From NCBI GenBank assembly GCA_035548815.1, contig DASZSF010000005.1:182177-246176 (forward strand): DNA of 64,000 bases. Reading direction: 5' to 3'. The stretch is from Minisyncoccota bacterium (GTDB lineage: Bacteria > Patescibacteriota > Minisyncoccia > Phycocordibacterales > SBAW01). Each line of letters opens with the position of its first letter. Within the stretch, counting starts at the first letter, position 1. The position numbers and the translations under genes were made by a program. The notes under the pieces are model-generated. The model did no database searches and was not told where the DNA came from. It saw only the letters and a list, made by a program, of their open reading frames with translations. This document shows positions 1 through 8,399 of the stretch, in pieces.

Positions 1-80
1 TTGCAGGCTTCATCATTGGCCGCCGTTACTTCAGCGAATCAACCGCAAACAAAGGCTTAGTTGCGCTCCAGCAGAATGAC

Positions 81-935
81 ATGACCACAGCACTTGCAGA
101 TGCACAGCATGCGATGGACATCGAGCAGACTATCGATTCGCTCCAGTTCGCTACGCTAACGGGGACAGCTGCGCTTTCAGACCTCGTGCAGTCAACCACG
201 ACGCCAAGCGATACACTCAAACAGGCTTTCGCACAGCAAGTGCAAGCAACCGCAGCAGTTGGGCAGGCAGCTATTTTAAAAAATCCAAACGACTACCGCT
301 CCTACATTCTCTTGGCGAAGGTCTACGACCTGCTCGCACAAATAGGAGTGCAAGGTGCGTATGACACTGCAACAACCCTCTATGCAACGGCGCTGTCGCA
401 CAATCCAACTAACCCAAGCATTCCGCTTGCAGCAGCGCGGCTTGCAGCTGTCCACGGCGACACAAAGACCGCAGAAAGCGCGCTCTCTAAGTCGCTTGAA
501 CTTAAGAGTGATTACACCGATGCAATATTATTCGCAGTCCAGTTGTATGTCGACAGAAAGGACACTAAGAACGCAATAGCGGCAGCACAAGCTGCGGTTA
601 AGAGCGCGCCGGGCGTCCCGTCTATATGGTTCGAACTCGGCCTCTTGTACTATTCGTCAGCTGACTACAAGGACGCAGCTGCAGCTTTTGCACAGGCAGT
701 CGCGTTGCAGAACGACTATGCAAATGCAAAGTACTTTCTCGGTCTCTCGTACGTACAGATACAGCGCGTGCCAGACGCAATACAGCAGTTTAAAGACCTG
801 ACCGTTTCCAATCCGGACAATGCGGAAGTTAAGCTCATCTTGAGCAACTTAGGGCAGGGCAAAGCACCATTCGACGGGGCACAGCCTCCAGTCACATCAA
901 GCCCCCAGACGCGCGAAACCGCTCCGATACAGTAA
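81..935 (+). CDS. TPR-repeat protein
   Basis: Several ~34-aa repeats with TPR-like spacing (e.g. AKVYDLLAQIG..., SIWFELGLLYYSSADYKDAAAAFAQAVALQNDYANAKYFLGLSY). ATG start checked. Confidence 0.6.
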   Translation: MTTALADAQHAMDIEQTIDSLQFATLTGTAALSDLVQSTTTPSDTLKQAFAQQVQATAAVGQAAILKNPNDYRSYILLAKVYDLLAQIGVQGAYDTATTLYATALSHNPTNPSIPLAAARLAAVHGDTKTAESALSKSLELKSDYTDAILFAVQLYVDRKDTKNAIAAAQAAVKSAPGVPSIWFELGLLYYSSADYKDAAAAFAQAVALQNDYANAKYFLGLSYVQIQRVPDAIQQFKDLTVSNPDNAEVKLILSNLGQGKAPFDGAQPPVTSSPQTRETAPIQ

Positions 936-944
936 GATAGTGCA

Positions 945-2618
945 ATGGTACGGTCGCTGTGGTCATACATAGGAAAAGAAGCGCGGAGTATGCACGAGGC
1001 GGCCTACTTATTGGCCGCCTTTGCGCTCTGTTCACAACTGCTCGCGCTTATCCGTGACCGTTTGTTTGCAGCGCACTTTGGCGCATCGCACACGCTCGAC
1101 CTGTACTATGCTGGTTTCCGTATACCTGACTTTCTCTTCGCGACGGTAGCGTCGCTCTTGTCGCTCTATGCCTTGTTGCCGGTACTGACACGGCTTGAAC
1201 AAAAAGGGGATGGACTTGTGGTGGCGTTCCTTGAACAGACGCTTATATTCTTTTTTGTATGTATGGGCGCAATATCGCTCGTGGTGTGTATATTTGCGCC
1301 GCAGATCATTGCGCTTGTGATGCCGGGCATCCATGACCCGTCACTTGTCTTGCTGGTGAGAATCTTGCTGCTACAGCCGATACTCCTTGGCGCCTCAAAC
1401 ATCGTGGCGGCATTTACACAACTACGTCAACGTTTTTTTCTCTATTCGATCTCGCCGCTTCTCTACAACTTCGGCATTATTTTAGGAACTCTCACGTTTT
1501 ATCCGTACATGGGCGTGGCGGGCTTGGGCTGGGGCGTTGTGCTGGGCGCGTTGCTCCACTTCCTCATCCAGCTTCCATTTTTTGGCGCGAAAGAAGAAGG
1601 AAAGTGGCTTCCATTGAGTGAACTTTTCCGCGAGCTTACGTCTGTGCTGAGACTTTCTGTTCCGCGAACGCTGGCGCTTGCGGCAACTCAAGTGTCGCTC
1701 TTACTCATCGTCGGTATCGCATCGCTTCTTTCGGCGGGCTCCATTTCTGTATTCATGTTTGCGTACAATTTGCAGGCAGTGCCGCTGACCATCATCGGTG
1801 TTTCGTATTCGGTTGCTGCGTTTCCGACACTTGCGCGCCTACATGCACAAGGCTCGCACGCGGAGTTTGTTCGTTATATTGAAACGGCGCTCCGGCACAT
1901 ATTTTTTTGGAGCATCCCCGCAACGGTGTTCGTGATAGTGTTGCGTGCCCAGCTCGTGCGCGTCATCTTGGGGGCAGGTGCATTCGACTGGGCGGCAACG
2001 CGTTTGACTGCCGCAGCGCTTGCATTGTTTATCGTCTCGCTTGCAGCGCAGTCGGTCACGCTCCTTATTGCCCGCGCGTACTACGCGGCAGGCAATACAC
2101 GAAAACCTCTTTATTTCGGACTTGTCGATATTGTTGTTTCTGTCGGCAGCGCCCTGTGCTTTGCCTTTGCGTTCCACGACTACGCCTTCATCCGCATCTT
2201 TATTGAGTCATTGCTGCGTGTGGGTGATGTGCCAGGCACTGTGGTGCTTATGCTCGCGCTTGGATATTGCTGCGGCTCGGTGGCTGAGTTCGTCGTCGGA
2301 CTCTTCTTCTTTATGCGGGACTTCAAGATACCGCGCATTAGGATCTCAGCGCTTATATTCCAGAGTTTTTCTGCCTCGGTGATAGGTGGCGCCGCATCGT
2401 ACATGGTACTGCTCTACACGGGTATTGCAGGCACAGTAAACACAACGTGGATGCTTGTGCTCCAGGGCGCCGCTGCGGGTGTTGTAGGCGTATGTGTGGT
2501 GCTGGGCATACTTGTATTGCTCCGCAATGAGGAGCTTAAAGAGGCTGTAGGGGCCCTGCATAGGCGTTTCCGCGACAGAGGCGGGGTGGCGCTCGAAACG
2601 ACGGACATCTCGTCGTAG
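945..2618 (+). CDS. murJ: Lipid II flippase MurJ/MviN family
   Basis: 557 aa polytopic membrane protein. N-terminal ALIRDRLFAAHFGAS..LDLYYAGFRIPDFLF is typical of MurJ. An alternative ATG lies at 990. Confidence 0.8.
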   Translation: MVRSLWSYIGKEARSMHEAAYLLAAFALCSQLLALIRDRLFAAHFGASHTLDLYYAGFRIPDFLFATVASLLSLYALLPVLTRLEQKGDGLVVAFLEQTLIFFFVCMGAISLVVCIFAPQIIALVMPGIHDPSLVLLVRILLLQPILLGASNIVAAFTQLRQRFFLYSISPLLYNFGIILGTLTFYPYMGVAGLGWGVVLGALLHFLIQLPFFGAKEEGKWLPLSELFRELTSVLRLSVPRTLALAATQVSLLLIVGIASLLSAGSISVFMFAYNLQAVPLTIIGVSYSVAAFPTLARLHAQGSHAEFVRYIETALRHIFFWSIPATVFVIVLRAQLVRVILGAGAFDWAATRLTAAALALFIVSLAAQSVTLLIARAYYAAGNTRKPLYFGLVDIVVSVGSALCFAFAFHDYAFIRIFIESLLRVGDVPGTVVLMLALGYCCGSVAEFVVGLFFFMRDFKIPRIRISALIFQSFSASVIGGAASYMVLLYTGIAGTVNTTWMLVLQGAAAGVVGVCVVLGILVLLRNEELKEAVGALHRRFRDRGGVALETTDISS

Positions 2619-2654
2619 AGCTCGTAAAATGCTAGACTCGGGTGTGCTTCCTGT

Positions 2655-4517
2655 ATGCAGCAGATACGAAACTTTAGCATCATAGCCCATATAGACCACG
2701 GCAAGTCGACCCTTGCCGACCGTTTGCTTGAGGTCACGGGCACCATAGAAAAGCGCAAAATGCGCGACCAGGTGCTCGATTCCATGGACTTGGAGCGTGA
2801 GCGCGGCATTACCATCAAAATGCAGCCGGTGCGTATGCGCTACAAGCACGGCGGACAGGAGTATTTGCTGCACCTCATCGACACGCCGGGCCACATCGAT
2901 TTTTCATATGAGGTATCACGCGCGCTCACTGCCGTTGAAGGCGCAGTGTTGCTTGTGGATGCAACGCAGGGTGTGCAGGCGCAGACGCTTACAACGCTCC
3001 GCACAGCCCAAGAACTTGGACTCGTCATAATTCCAGCGCTTTCAAAAATCGACTCGCCTCTGGCAAATGTCGACGATGTGCGCGACCAGGTCGCGTTGCT
3101 TTTAGATATCGACCCATCCGAAGTCCTTCTTTGTTCTGGCCGCACAGGAGAGGGTGTTGAGACTTTGCTTCAGGCTGTTATTGACCGGGTGCCACCGCCA
3201 CGAGAGGGCAATTCTGTTTCTGAGAAAAAGGTAGGCGGGGGCGGCCAAACTGCGGAGCAGTTTGGGGATAAGCCTTTTTCGAAGGAACAGAATGGACCTC
3301 GAGGATTAGTGTTCGACTTCCAATATTCAGACCACCAGGGCGTGATAGTGTACTTGCGCATGTTCGACGGGCAGGTGAAGAAAGGCGATAGGCTTGAGTT
3401 TGCTGCGACGGGCCGCAATTTTATTGCGCTTGAAGTGGGGAGTTTTTCTCCCAAGCCAGTGCCCCTGCCGGAAGGGTTAGGTGCGGGCTCTATTGGCTAC
3501 GTTGTCACAGGCATTAAAGAGCCGGGGTTGGCACGCGTCGGCGACACTGTACGCATGCAAGGTTCAAAAGTTACGCCTTTGTCGGGCTATGGCGAACCAA
3601 AGGCCGTTGTCTGGGCGTCTATATATCCCGAAAGTCAGGATGATTTTACGGCATTGCGCCAGGCCCTTGGGCGCCTGCGTCTTTCCGATTCCTCACTTTC
3701 ATTTGAAGAAGAATCATCAGGCATGCTCGGACGCGGCTTCCGTTGCGGACTCCTCGGCATGCTCCACTTGGAAATAGTCACCGAACGCTTGCGCCGAGAA
3801 GCAAATCTTTCGCTTGTTGTTACGACGCCGACCATCACCTATGAAGTAGAAACGCGGGACGGCAAGCGCCATACAGTATATTCTCCTGCGCAATTCCCAG
3901 AATACGGCGATATAAAAGAGGTGTGGGAGCCGTTCGTGTCGGCTGAAATTATTTTGCCAGCCGAATATATGGGCCCGCTTATGCCGCTGTTGTTCGAACA
4001 CGAAGTGGCGACCGAAAGCACTGAAAATTTTTCTGAAAGCCGCATGCGCGTAAAAGTAGTGATGCCGCTGCGCGAGCTCATGCGAAACTTTTTCGACAAA
4101 TTGAAGAGCGTTTCTTCAGGCTATGCATCAATTTCATACGAACTGCGCGAACTTCGTCTGGCCGACGTTGCGCGGCTCGACATGTACGTTGCGGAAGAAA
4201 TCGTGCCAGCATTTTCCCGCATTATCGCAAAGCATCGCGCTGACGAAGAGGCAATAGCGGCAGTAGAAAAACTCTACAAAATTCTGCCGCGCCAAAACTT
4301 TGCAACCAAAATTCAGGCAATGGCATTGGGACGCATTGTTTCGTCACGCACGCTTTCAGCAATGTCCAAAGATGTCACCCAGCACATGTACGGCGGCGAC
4401 ATTACCCGCAAAATGAAGCTCCGCGAAAAGCAAAAGAAAGGCAAAAAGCGCATGCTCGAACGCGGCCGCGTCAACATCCCAGAGGACGTCTTCCTCAAAA
4501 TGATCCAGAGCGACTAG
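2655..4517 (+). CDS. lepA: Elongation factor 4 (LepA)
   Basis: [20 protein letters not shown] and NKID-type GTPase motifs plus a LepA C-terminal region. Carries a Gly-rich insertion (VGGGGQTAEQFGDKPF...). Confidence 0.9.
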   Translation: MQQIRNFSIIAHIDHGKSTLADRLLEVTGTIEKRKMRDQVLDSMDLERERGITIKMQPVRMRYKHGGQEYLLHLIDTPGHIDFSYEVSRALTAVEGAVLLVDATQGVQAQTLTTLRTAQELGLVIIPALSKIDSPLANVDDVRDQVALLLDIDPSEVLLCSGRTGEGVETLLQAVIDRVPPPREGNSVSEKKVGGGGQTAEQFGDKPFSKEQNGPRGLVFDFQYSDHQGVIVYLRMFDGQVKKGDRLEFAATGRNFIALEVGSFSPKPVPLPEGLGAGSIGYVVTGIKEPGLARVGDTVRMQGSKVTPLSGYGEPKAVVWASIYPESQDDFTALRQALGRLRLSDSSLSFEEESSGMLGRGFRCGLLGMLHLEIVTERLRREANLSLVVTTPTITYEVETRDGKRHTVYSPAQFPEYGDIKEVWEPFVSAEIILPAEYMGPLMPLLFEHEVATESTENFSESRMRVKVVMPLRELMRNFFDKLKSVSSGYASISYELRELRLADVARLDMYVAEEIVPAFSRIIAKHRADEEAIAAVEKLYKILPRQNFATKIQAMALGRIVSSRTLSAMSKDVTQHMYGGDITRKMKLREKQKKGKKRMLERGRVNIPEDVFLKMIQSD

Positions 4518-4634
4518 CGCTTAGACGAGCAGGGAGAAGTAGGAAAGCACCATGCTCAAGATGACGAGTACGGCCAAAATGGTCGTAAATATCTGCAAGC
4601 GGCGTGCGCGCTTTTTTCGGTCATTACCAAACAT

Positions 4635-5048
4635 ATGCCTGATACAATAGCATATATGCGCGAGTTCAAAAAGCGCCGCAGTAGGCGGGCAGAACTGGTT
4701 AATTTCTCACTCCGACTGGCAGGTGCCTTGCTGCTCTTGTTTGTGACTCTAGGGGCCGTAAAAGGCGCATGGGACATGTACGGTCGGCTTTCTGTAGCCA
4801 CTGCAGGCCAGCAAAGTGCTGCGGCACAGCTGGCGAATCTTAAAACCCAGGAGACTGCTGTGGAATCGCAAGTGAACGAGCTTTCTTCGGCGCGGGGCCA
4901 GGAAGAGCTGCTACGCGAACATTATGGGGTGGCAAAGCCAGGCGAAGGTGTGGTCCAAATAGTCACTCAAACGTCTACAAGTACATCAGAGGCTGCTGGA
5001 GGCCGTACGTGGCTGGGGCAGCTATTTCACGCCCTCTTTTCGTGGTAA
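4635..5048 (+). CDS. Septum formation initiator FtsB/DivIC-like protein
   Basis: Basic N-terminus, one TM helix, then a coiled coil ending ELLREHYGVAKPGEGVV, as in the FtsB/DivIC family. Confidence 0.5.
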   Translation: MPDTIAYMREFKKRRSRRAELVNFSLRLAGALLLLFVTLGAVKGAWDMYGRLSVATAGQQSAAAQLANLKTQETAVESQVNELSSARGQEELLREHYGVAKPGEGVVQIVTQTSTSTSEAAGGRTWLGQLFHALFSW

Positions 5049-5062
5049 AGTTTAGGCGATTT

Positions 5063-5133
5063 GCGGAATTGGTTTAGTGGTAGAACATGTGCTTCCCAAG
5101 CATAGGGCGCGAGTTCGATTCTCGCATTCCGCA
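5063..5133 (+). tRNA. tRNA-Gly (anticodon CCC)
   Basis: Cloverleaf folded by hand: acceptor GCGGAAT/ATTCCGC, T-arm GCGAG-TTCGATT-CTCGC, anticodon loop TTCCCAA. No encoded CCA. Confidence 0.8.
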
Positions 5134-5172
5134 CAAAGTGGTATACTTAGTGTCCAATAATTATTTAAACCT

Positions 5173-5412
5173 ATGAAAAACGTCACCATCTACACAACGC
5201 CGACCTGCCACTTTTGCCAGCTCGCAAAGGAGTTTTTTGCTGAGAAAAATGTTCAGTACACGGCCTACGATGTGACGCAGGATGCCGCAAAGCGCGAAGA
5301 AATGATCCAGATGACCGGCCAGCTTGGCGTGCCTGTCATTGTCATCGGCGACGACATTATGGTCGGTTTTGACCGCGAAAAGGTTGCCGGCAAACTCGGC
5401 ATCGAAGCGTAG
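5173..5412 (+). CDS. Glutaredoxin-like protein (NrdH/Grx family)
   Basis: 79 aa thioredoxin-fold pattern with a CHFC redox motif near the N-terminus and a GVPVIVIGD core. Confidence 0.6.
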   Translation: MKNVTIYTTPTCHFCQLAKEFFAEKNVQYTAYDVTQDAAKREEMIQMTGQLGVPVIVIGDDIMVGFDREKVAGKLGIEA

Positions 5413-5446
5413 TCTTGTCACATATTTTTTACGGTACACTGTAAAC

Positions 5447-6583
5447 ATGGAGCGTGAAGACGCGTATGCGGCCGCAGGTGTACATGTTGGTATCGAGGCC
5501 CAAGCGTCACGCATTATGTTTGAAGCGTCTAGGCAGACGTGGAAAAATAGAAAGGGTCTGATTGGAGATATCATCAACCCTTTTGCAGATTTCGCTGGAT
5601 TGCGAATGGTGTCAGTGGAGTCTCTCCCTCAGGGCAGTTATATGTCCGTCGGGTTTGATACTGCAGGGACGAAAGTTGAGATAGCCGAAAGAGTTGGCAA
5701 GCACGACACAATAGCGTTTGATCTGCTCGCCATGGTATGTGATGACGCTGTATTGCGCGGCGGAGAACCGGTGCTTGTGGGAACGAATCTTGATTTATCC
5801 TCCCTTGGCTCTGACGAAAGATACCTTCCAGTAATTCGAGAGCTTGCAACCGGATATGTTGCAGCAGCAAATGCAGCGGGGGTTGCAATAATTAATGGTG
5901 AGATTGCTCAAATGGGAAAACTCGTTTCTGGATGGGACAATTTTCCGTATCATTGGGGAGCTTCATGTGTTTGGTTTGGGAAAAAAGAAAATTTGTTTAC
6001 CGGTCGTGAAGTTGAAGTTGGAGATGCAGTTGTAATGCTCAAAGACAACGGTTTTCGGACAAACGGTCTGACGCTGGCGCGCACTATTTTTGCCAAAAAA
6101 TACGGTGAAGAATGGCATAAACAACTATTCGATGATAGTACGCTTGGTATGCACGTATTAACCCCATCGACTATTTATTCTTGTTTTGTCACGCATCTTA
6201 ATGGCACATTCGACAGGGAGGGAGTTTCGAAACTCCACGGCGTCGTGCATATTACCGGTGGTGGCATACCGGAGAAGTTGCAGCGCGTATTAAAGCCCAG
6301 TGGATTCGGCGCAAATCTTTCTAATCTTTTCAGTCCTGCCCATATTGTCACTCATTGTCAGGAAGTTGGTGAGGTGTCCGACAAGGATGCCTACGGCGCG
6401 TGGCATATGGGGCAGGGTATGGGTCTAATTACTCCTCAGCCGGACATAGTTCTCAAAGAAGCGCAGGCATTTGGGATAGAAGCTCGCGTAGCAGGACATA
6501 TAGTCTCCAAGCCAGGCATTCGGCTTGTAAGTAAGGGGGCTGCTTCACCAGGGGAAGATCTCGTGTATCATAGCGAAGCGTAA
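5447..6583 (+). CDS. purM: Phosphoribosylformylglycinamidine cyclo-ligase (AIR synthetase, PurM-like)
   Basis: DTAGTKVEIAERVGKHDTIAFDLLAMVCDDAVLRGGEPV matches the PurM core DGVGTKLKLA..HDTIGIDLVAMCVNDL. Start moved to ATG 5447 to avoid overlap with the upstream gene. Confidence 0.7.
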   Translation: MEREDAYAAAGVHVGIEAQASRIMFEASRQTWKNRKGLIGDIINPFADFAGLRMVSVESLPQGSYMSVGFDTAGTKVEIAERVGKHDTIAFDLLAMVCDDAVLRGGEPVLVGTNLDLSSLGSDERYLPVIRELATGYVAAANAAGVAIINGEIAQMGKLVSGWDNFPYHWGASCVWFGKKENLFTGREVEVGDAVVMLKDNGFRTNGLTLARTIFAKKYGEEWHKQLFDDSTLGMHVLTPSTIYSCFVTHLNGTFDREGVSKLHGVVHITGGGIPEKLQRVLKPSGFGANLSNLFSPAHIVTHCQEVGEVSDKDAYGAWHMGQGMGLITPQPDIVLKEAQAFGIEARVAGHIVSKPGIRLVSKGAASPGEDLVYHSEA

Positions 6584-6586
6584 GCC

Positions 6587-6658
6587 GCCCTTGTAGTTCA
6601 ATGGATAGAACAGCTCCGTCCTAAGGAGTAGATGTAGGTTCGATTCCTACCGAGGGCA
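6587..6658 (+). tRNA. tRNA-Arg (anticodon CCT)
   Basis: Acceptor GCCCTTG/CGAGGGC with one G.U pair, T-arm GTAGG-TTCGATT-CCTAC, anticodon loop GTCCTAA. Confidence 0.75.
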
Positions 6659-6683
6659 CAAAAACACTGATAATATTAATTGC

Positions 6684-6980
6684 ATGGATCTAGATGTTGA
6701 GGAGGTTCGCGAGCTGGTTAAAAAGAATTTAGAACTTACGGAAGAAAATCACCGGATATTGCGCGGGATGCGAAGTGCGGCACGATGGGGCAGGCTTATT
6801 ACAATAGTTTGGTGGATAGTTGTTGTGGCTGTGTCGGGTGCGACGTATTACTACTACGTCCAGCCTTACGTTGAACAGGCAAAACAAGTCTACGCAGACT
6901 TCGAAAAGAATGGCCAAAGCGCGAAGAATTTTGGGGCCGAATTTGCTCAATTTCTTGAGCAGTTTAAGAAGCCGCAGTAA
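6684..6980 (+). CDS. Hypothetical small membrane protein
   Basis: 98 aa with a charged N-terminus and a single TM (LITIVWWIVVVAVSGATYYYY). Sits between two tRNA genes. Confidence 0.4.
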   Translation: MDLDVEEVRELVKKNLELTEENHRILRGMRSAARWGRLITIVWWIVVVAVSGATYYYYVQPYVEQAKQVYADFEKNGQSAKNFGAEFAQFLEQFKKPQ

Positions 6981-6988
6981 ACCTCTGG

Positions 6989-7061
6989 TGCTTGGGGCCG
7001 GGATCGAACCGGCGACCCCCTCCTCTTCAGGGAGATGCTCTACCAACTGAGCTACCCAAGC
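6989..7061 (-). tRNA. tRNA-Phe (anticodon GAA)
   Basis: Reverse complement reads GCTTGGGTAGCTCAGTTGGTAGAGCATCTCCCTGAAGAGGAG...GGTTCGATCCCGGCCCCAAGCA, with anticodon loop CTGAAGA. The ORF-track call 6729..7046 is the tRNA. Confidence 0.85.
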
Positions 7062-7092
7062 GGTACTAGGATACTAGCAAAAAATTGAAGAT

Positions 7093-7134
7093 TTCACAAA
7101 AGGCGAGGGATGCCGAAGCAAAGCCGGCCTCGCC
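7093..7134 (-). terminator. Putative intrinsic terminator of the hsp20 gene
   Basis: GC hairpin GGCGAGG(N18)CCTCGCC, followed on the minus strand by TTTTGTG. Confidence 0.4.
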
Positions 7135-7172
7135 GCGCTAAGCGCGGTCGAGAGGCTTTGCGCAGGCTCTCG

Positions 7173-7670
7173 CTAGTTCGATTTAATCTTAAGTTTTGCT
7201 TGGCGGCCTTTGTCGAGCTTAGGGAGTTTTATCGTGAGAAGTCCGTGCTTTTCAGTAGCCTCTGCTTCTTCGATTTCAACTTCCTGTGGCAGCACAATAG
7301 TGCGGCTAAATGCGCCCCAATAGAGTTCCTGGAAGAAAAAGTCGCCCGCAGTGCCTTCAGTATGGCGCTCGCGTTTGCCGCGGAGCGTCACCATGTCGCG
7401 TGTTATTGAAACGTCCAAATCTTCAGGGCGGACGCCCGCTATCATGGCTTTGATGATGATGTGAGTCGGAGTTTGGTACACATCTACGGCAAGTTCTCCT
7501 TCCTGTTCCTCTTCTTCCTGCATCACAGGAATAGCTTTTGCAGGCATCTGCGCGCGTGCTGCAGGCGAGTAGCCTGAACCGCCGCTTTCGAGGTCTTCAA
7601 ATCCGTAGTCGCTGTCAGCAGATGTGCCGCCTGTGAGCCATTCAAAGAGTGATCGTTTTTCCTTTGCCAT
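7173..7670 (-). CDS. Hsp20/alpha-crystallin family small heat-shock protein
   Basis: Alpha-crystallin domain: VDVYQTPTHIIIKAMIAGVRPEDLDVSI...LLTIKLPK. Confidence 0.8.
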   Translation of the reverse strand: MAKEKRSLFEWLTGGTSADSDYGFEDLESGGSGYSPAARAQMPAKAIPVMQEEEEQEGELAVDVYQTPTHIIIKAMIAGVRPEDLDVSITRDMVTLRGKRERHTEGTAGDFFFQELYWGAFSRTIVLPQEVEIEEAEATEKHGLLTIKLPKLDKGRQAKLKIKSN

Positions 7671-7680
7671 AGTCTTATTG

Positions 7681-8385
7681 CTAACAGTAGTCCTTAGAGG
7701 GCTGTTTAATGCGCTCAGTCAGCAGCAAGGCTGCCACGGTGCCAAACCAAATGCATATAAACACCCAGAATGTCGAAGGCGACTTTCCTCCTTGAAGTAT
7801 AAAAAAATTGAACAGCGTGTGCAAGGAAATCGCAAGGATAAGTCCCGCTGCTGCAGCCATTTTTCGCGTTTTTGCGGGCGAAAAAAACGCAAATGCCAAG
7901 CATATGCCTATGGTCACTGATGCGAGCACGTGCAGAAGCGTTGCGCCCATGAATCGGAGGTCTTCTGTCACGAATGCGCGCAGTGTGTCATTGCTTGCGA
8001 CAGGTGCCCACAAAAAAGCTGCATTTTCGAGCGCCGAAAAGCCCAGCGCCGCAGTTGCCATGTATATAATCGCGTCGAGCGGCTCGTCGTAGACGGCAAA
8101 GCGGAGCGCCGCAAGGTACGCTGCGCCGAATTTAAGCACTTCTTCAACAGATGCCCACATTAAGAAGATCAGGAGCTGGTTGGTAGTGAATTGGGCAAAA
8201 AAACGCTCCAGTGGGTAGGCGATGATGACCGCGACCATGCCGCACAAAAACGTATAGAAGATGAAGCGCTTAGGTTCAGGGTGGCAGCGGTCTTCAAGCA
8301 GCCAGAAAAAGAGCCAGACAAACGCCGGCACGACGCCACCTAAAAACGCTGTCAAAAGGACAGGAGGACTCAAAAGCGTATCCAC
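7681..8385 (-). CDS. PrsW-family intramembrane protease-like membrane protein
   Basis: Polytopic protein with an EExxK-like motif (SVEEVLKFGAAY) and FSALENAAF, reminiscent of PrsW. Annotated start is GTG. Confidence 0.4.
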   Translation of the reverse strand: MDTLLSPPVLLTAFLGGVVPAFVWLFFWLLEDRCHPEPKRFIFYTFLCGMVAVIIAYPLERFFAQFTTNQLLIFLMWASVEEVLKFGAAYLAALRFAVYDEPLDAIIYMATAALGFSALENAAFLWAPVASNDTLRAFVTEDLRFMGATLLHVLASVTIGICLAFAFFSPAKTRKMAAAAGLILAISLHTLFNFFILQGGKSPSTFWVFICIWFGTVAALLLTERIKQPSKDYC

Positions 8386-8399
8386 GCCCTTATTATAAA

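Noticed and set aside
6729-7046. 105-aa minus-strand ORF
   Set aside because: It coincides with tRNA-Phe (6989-7061) and its flanks.
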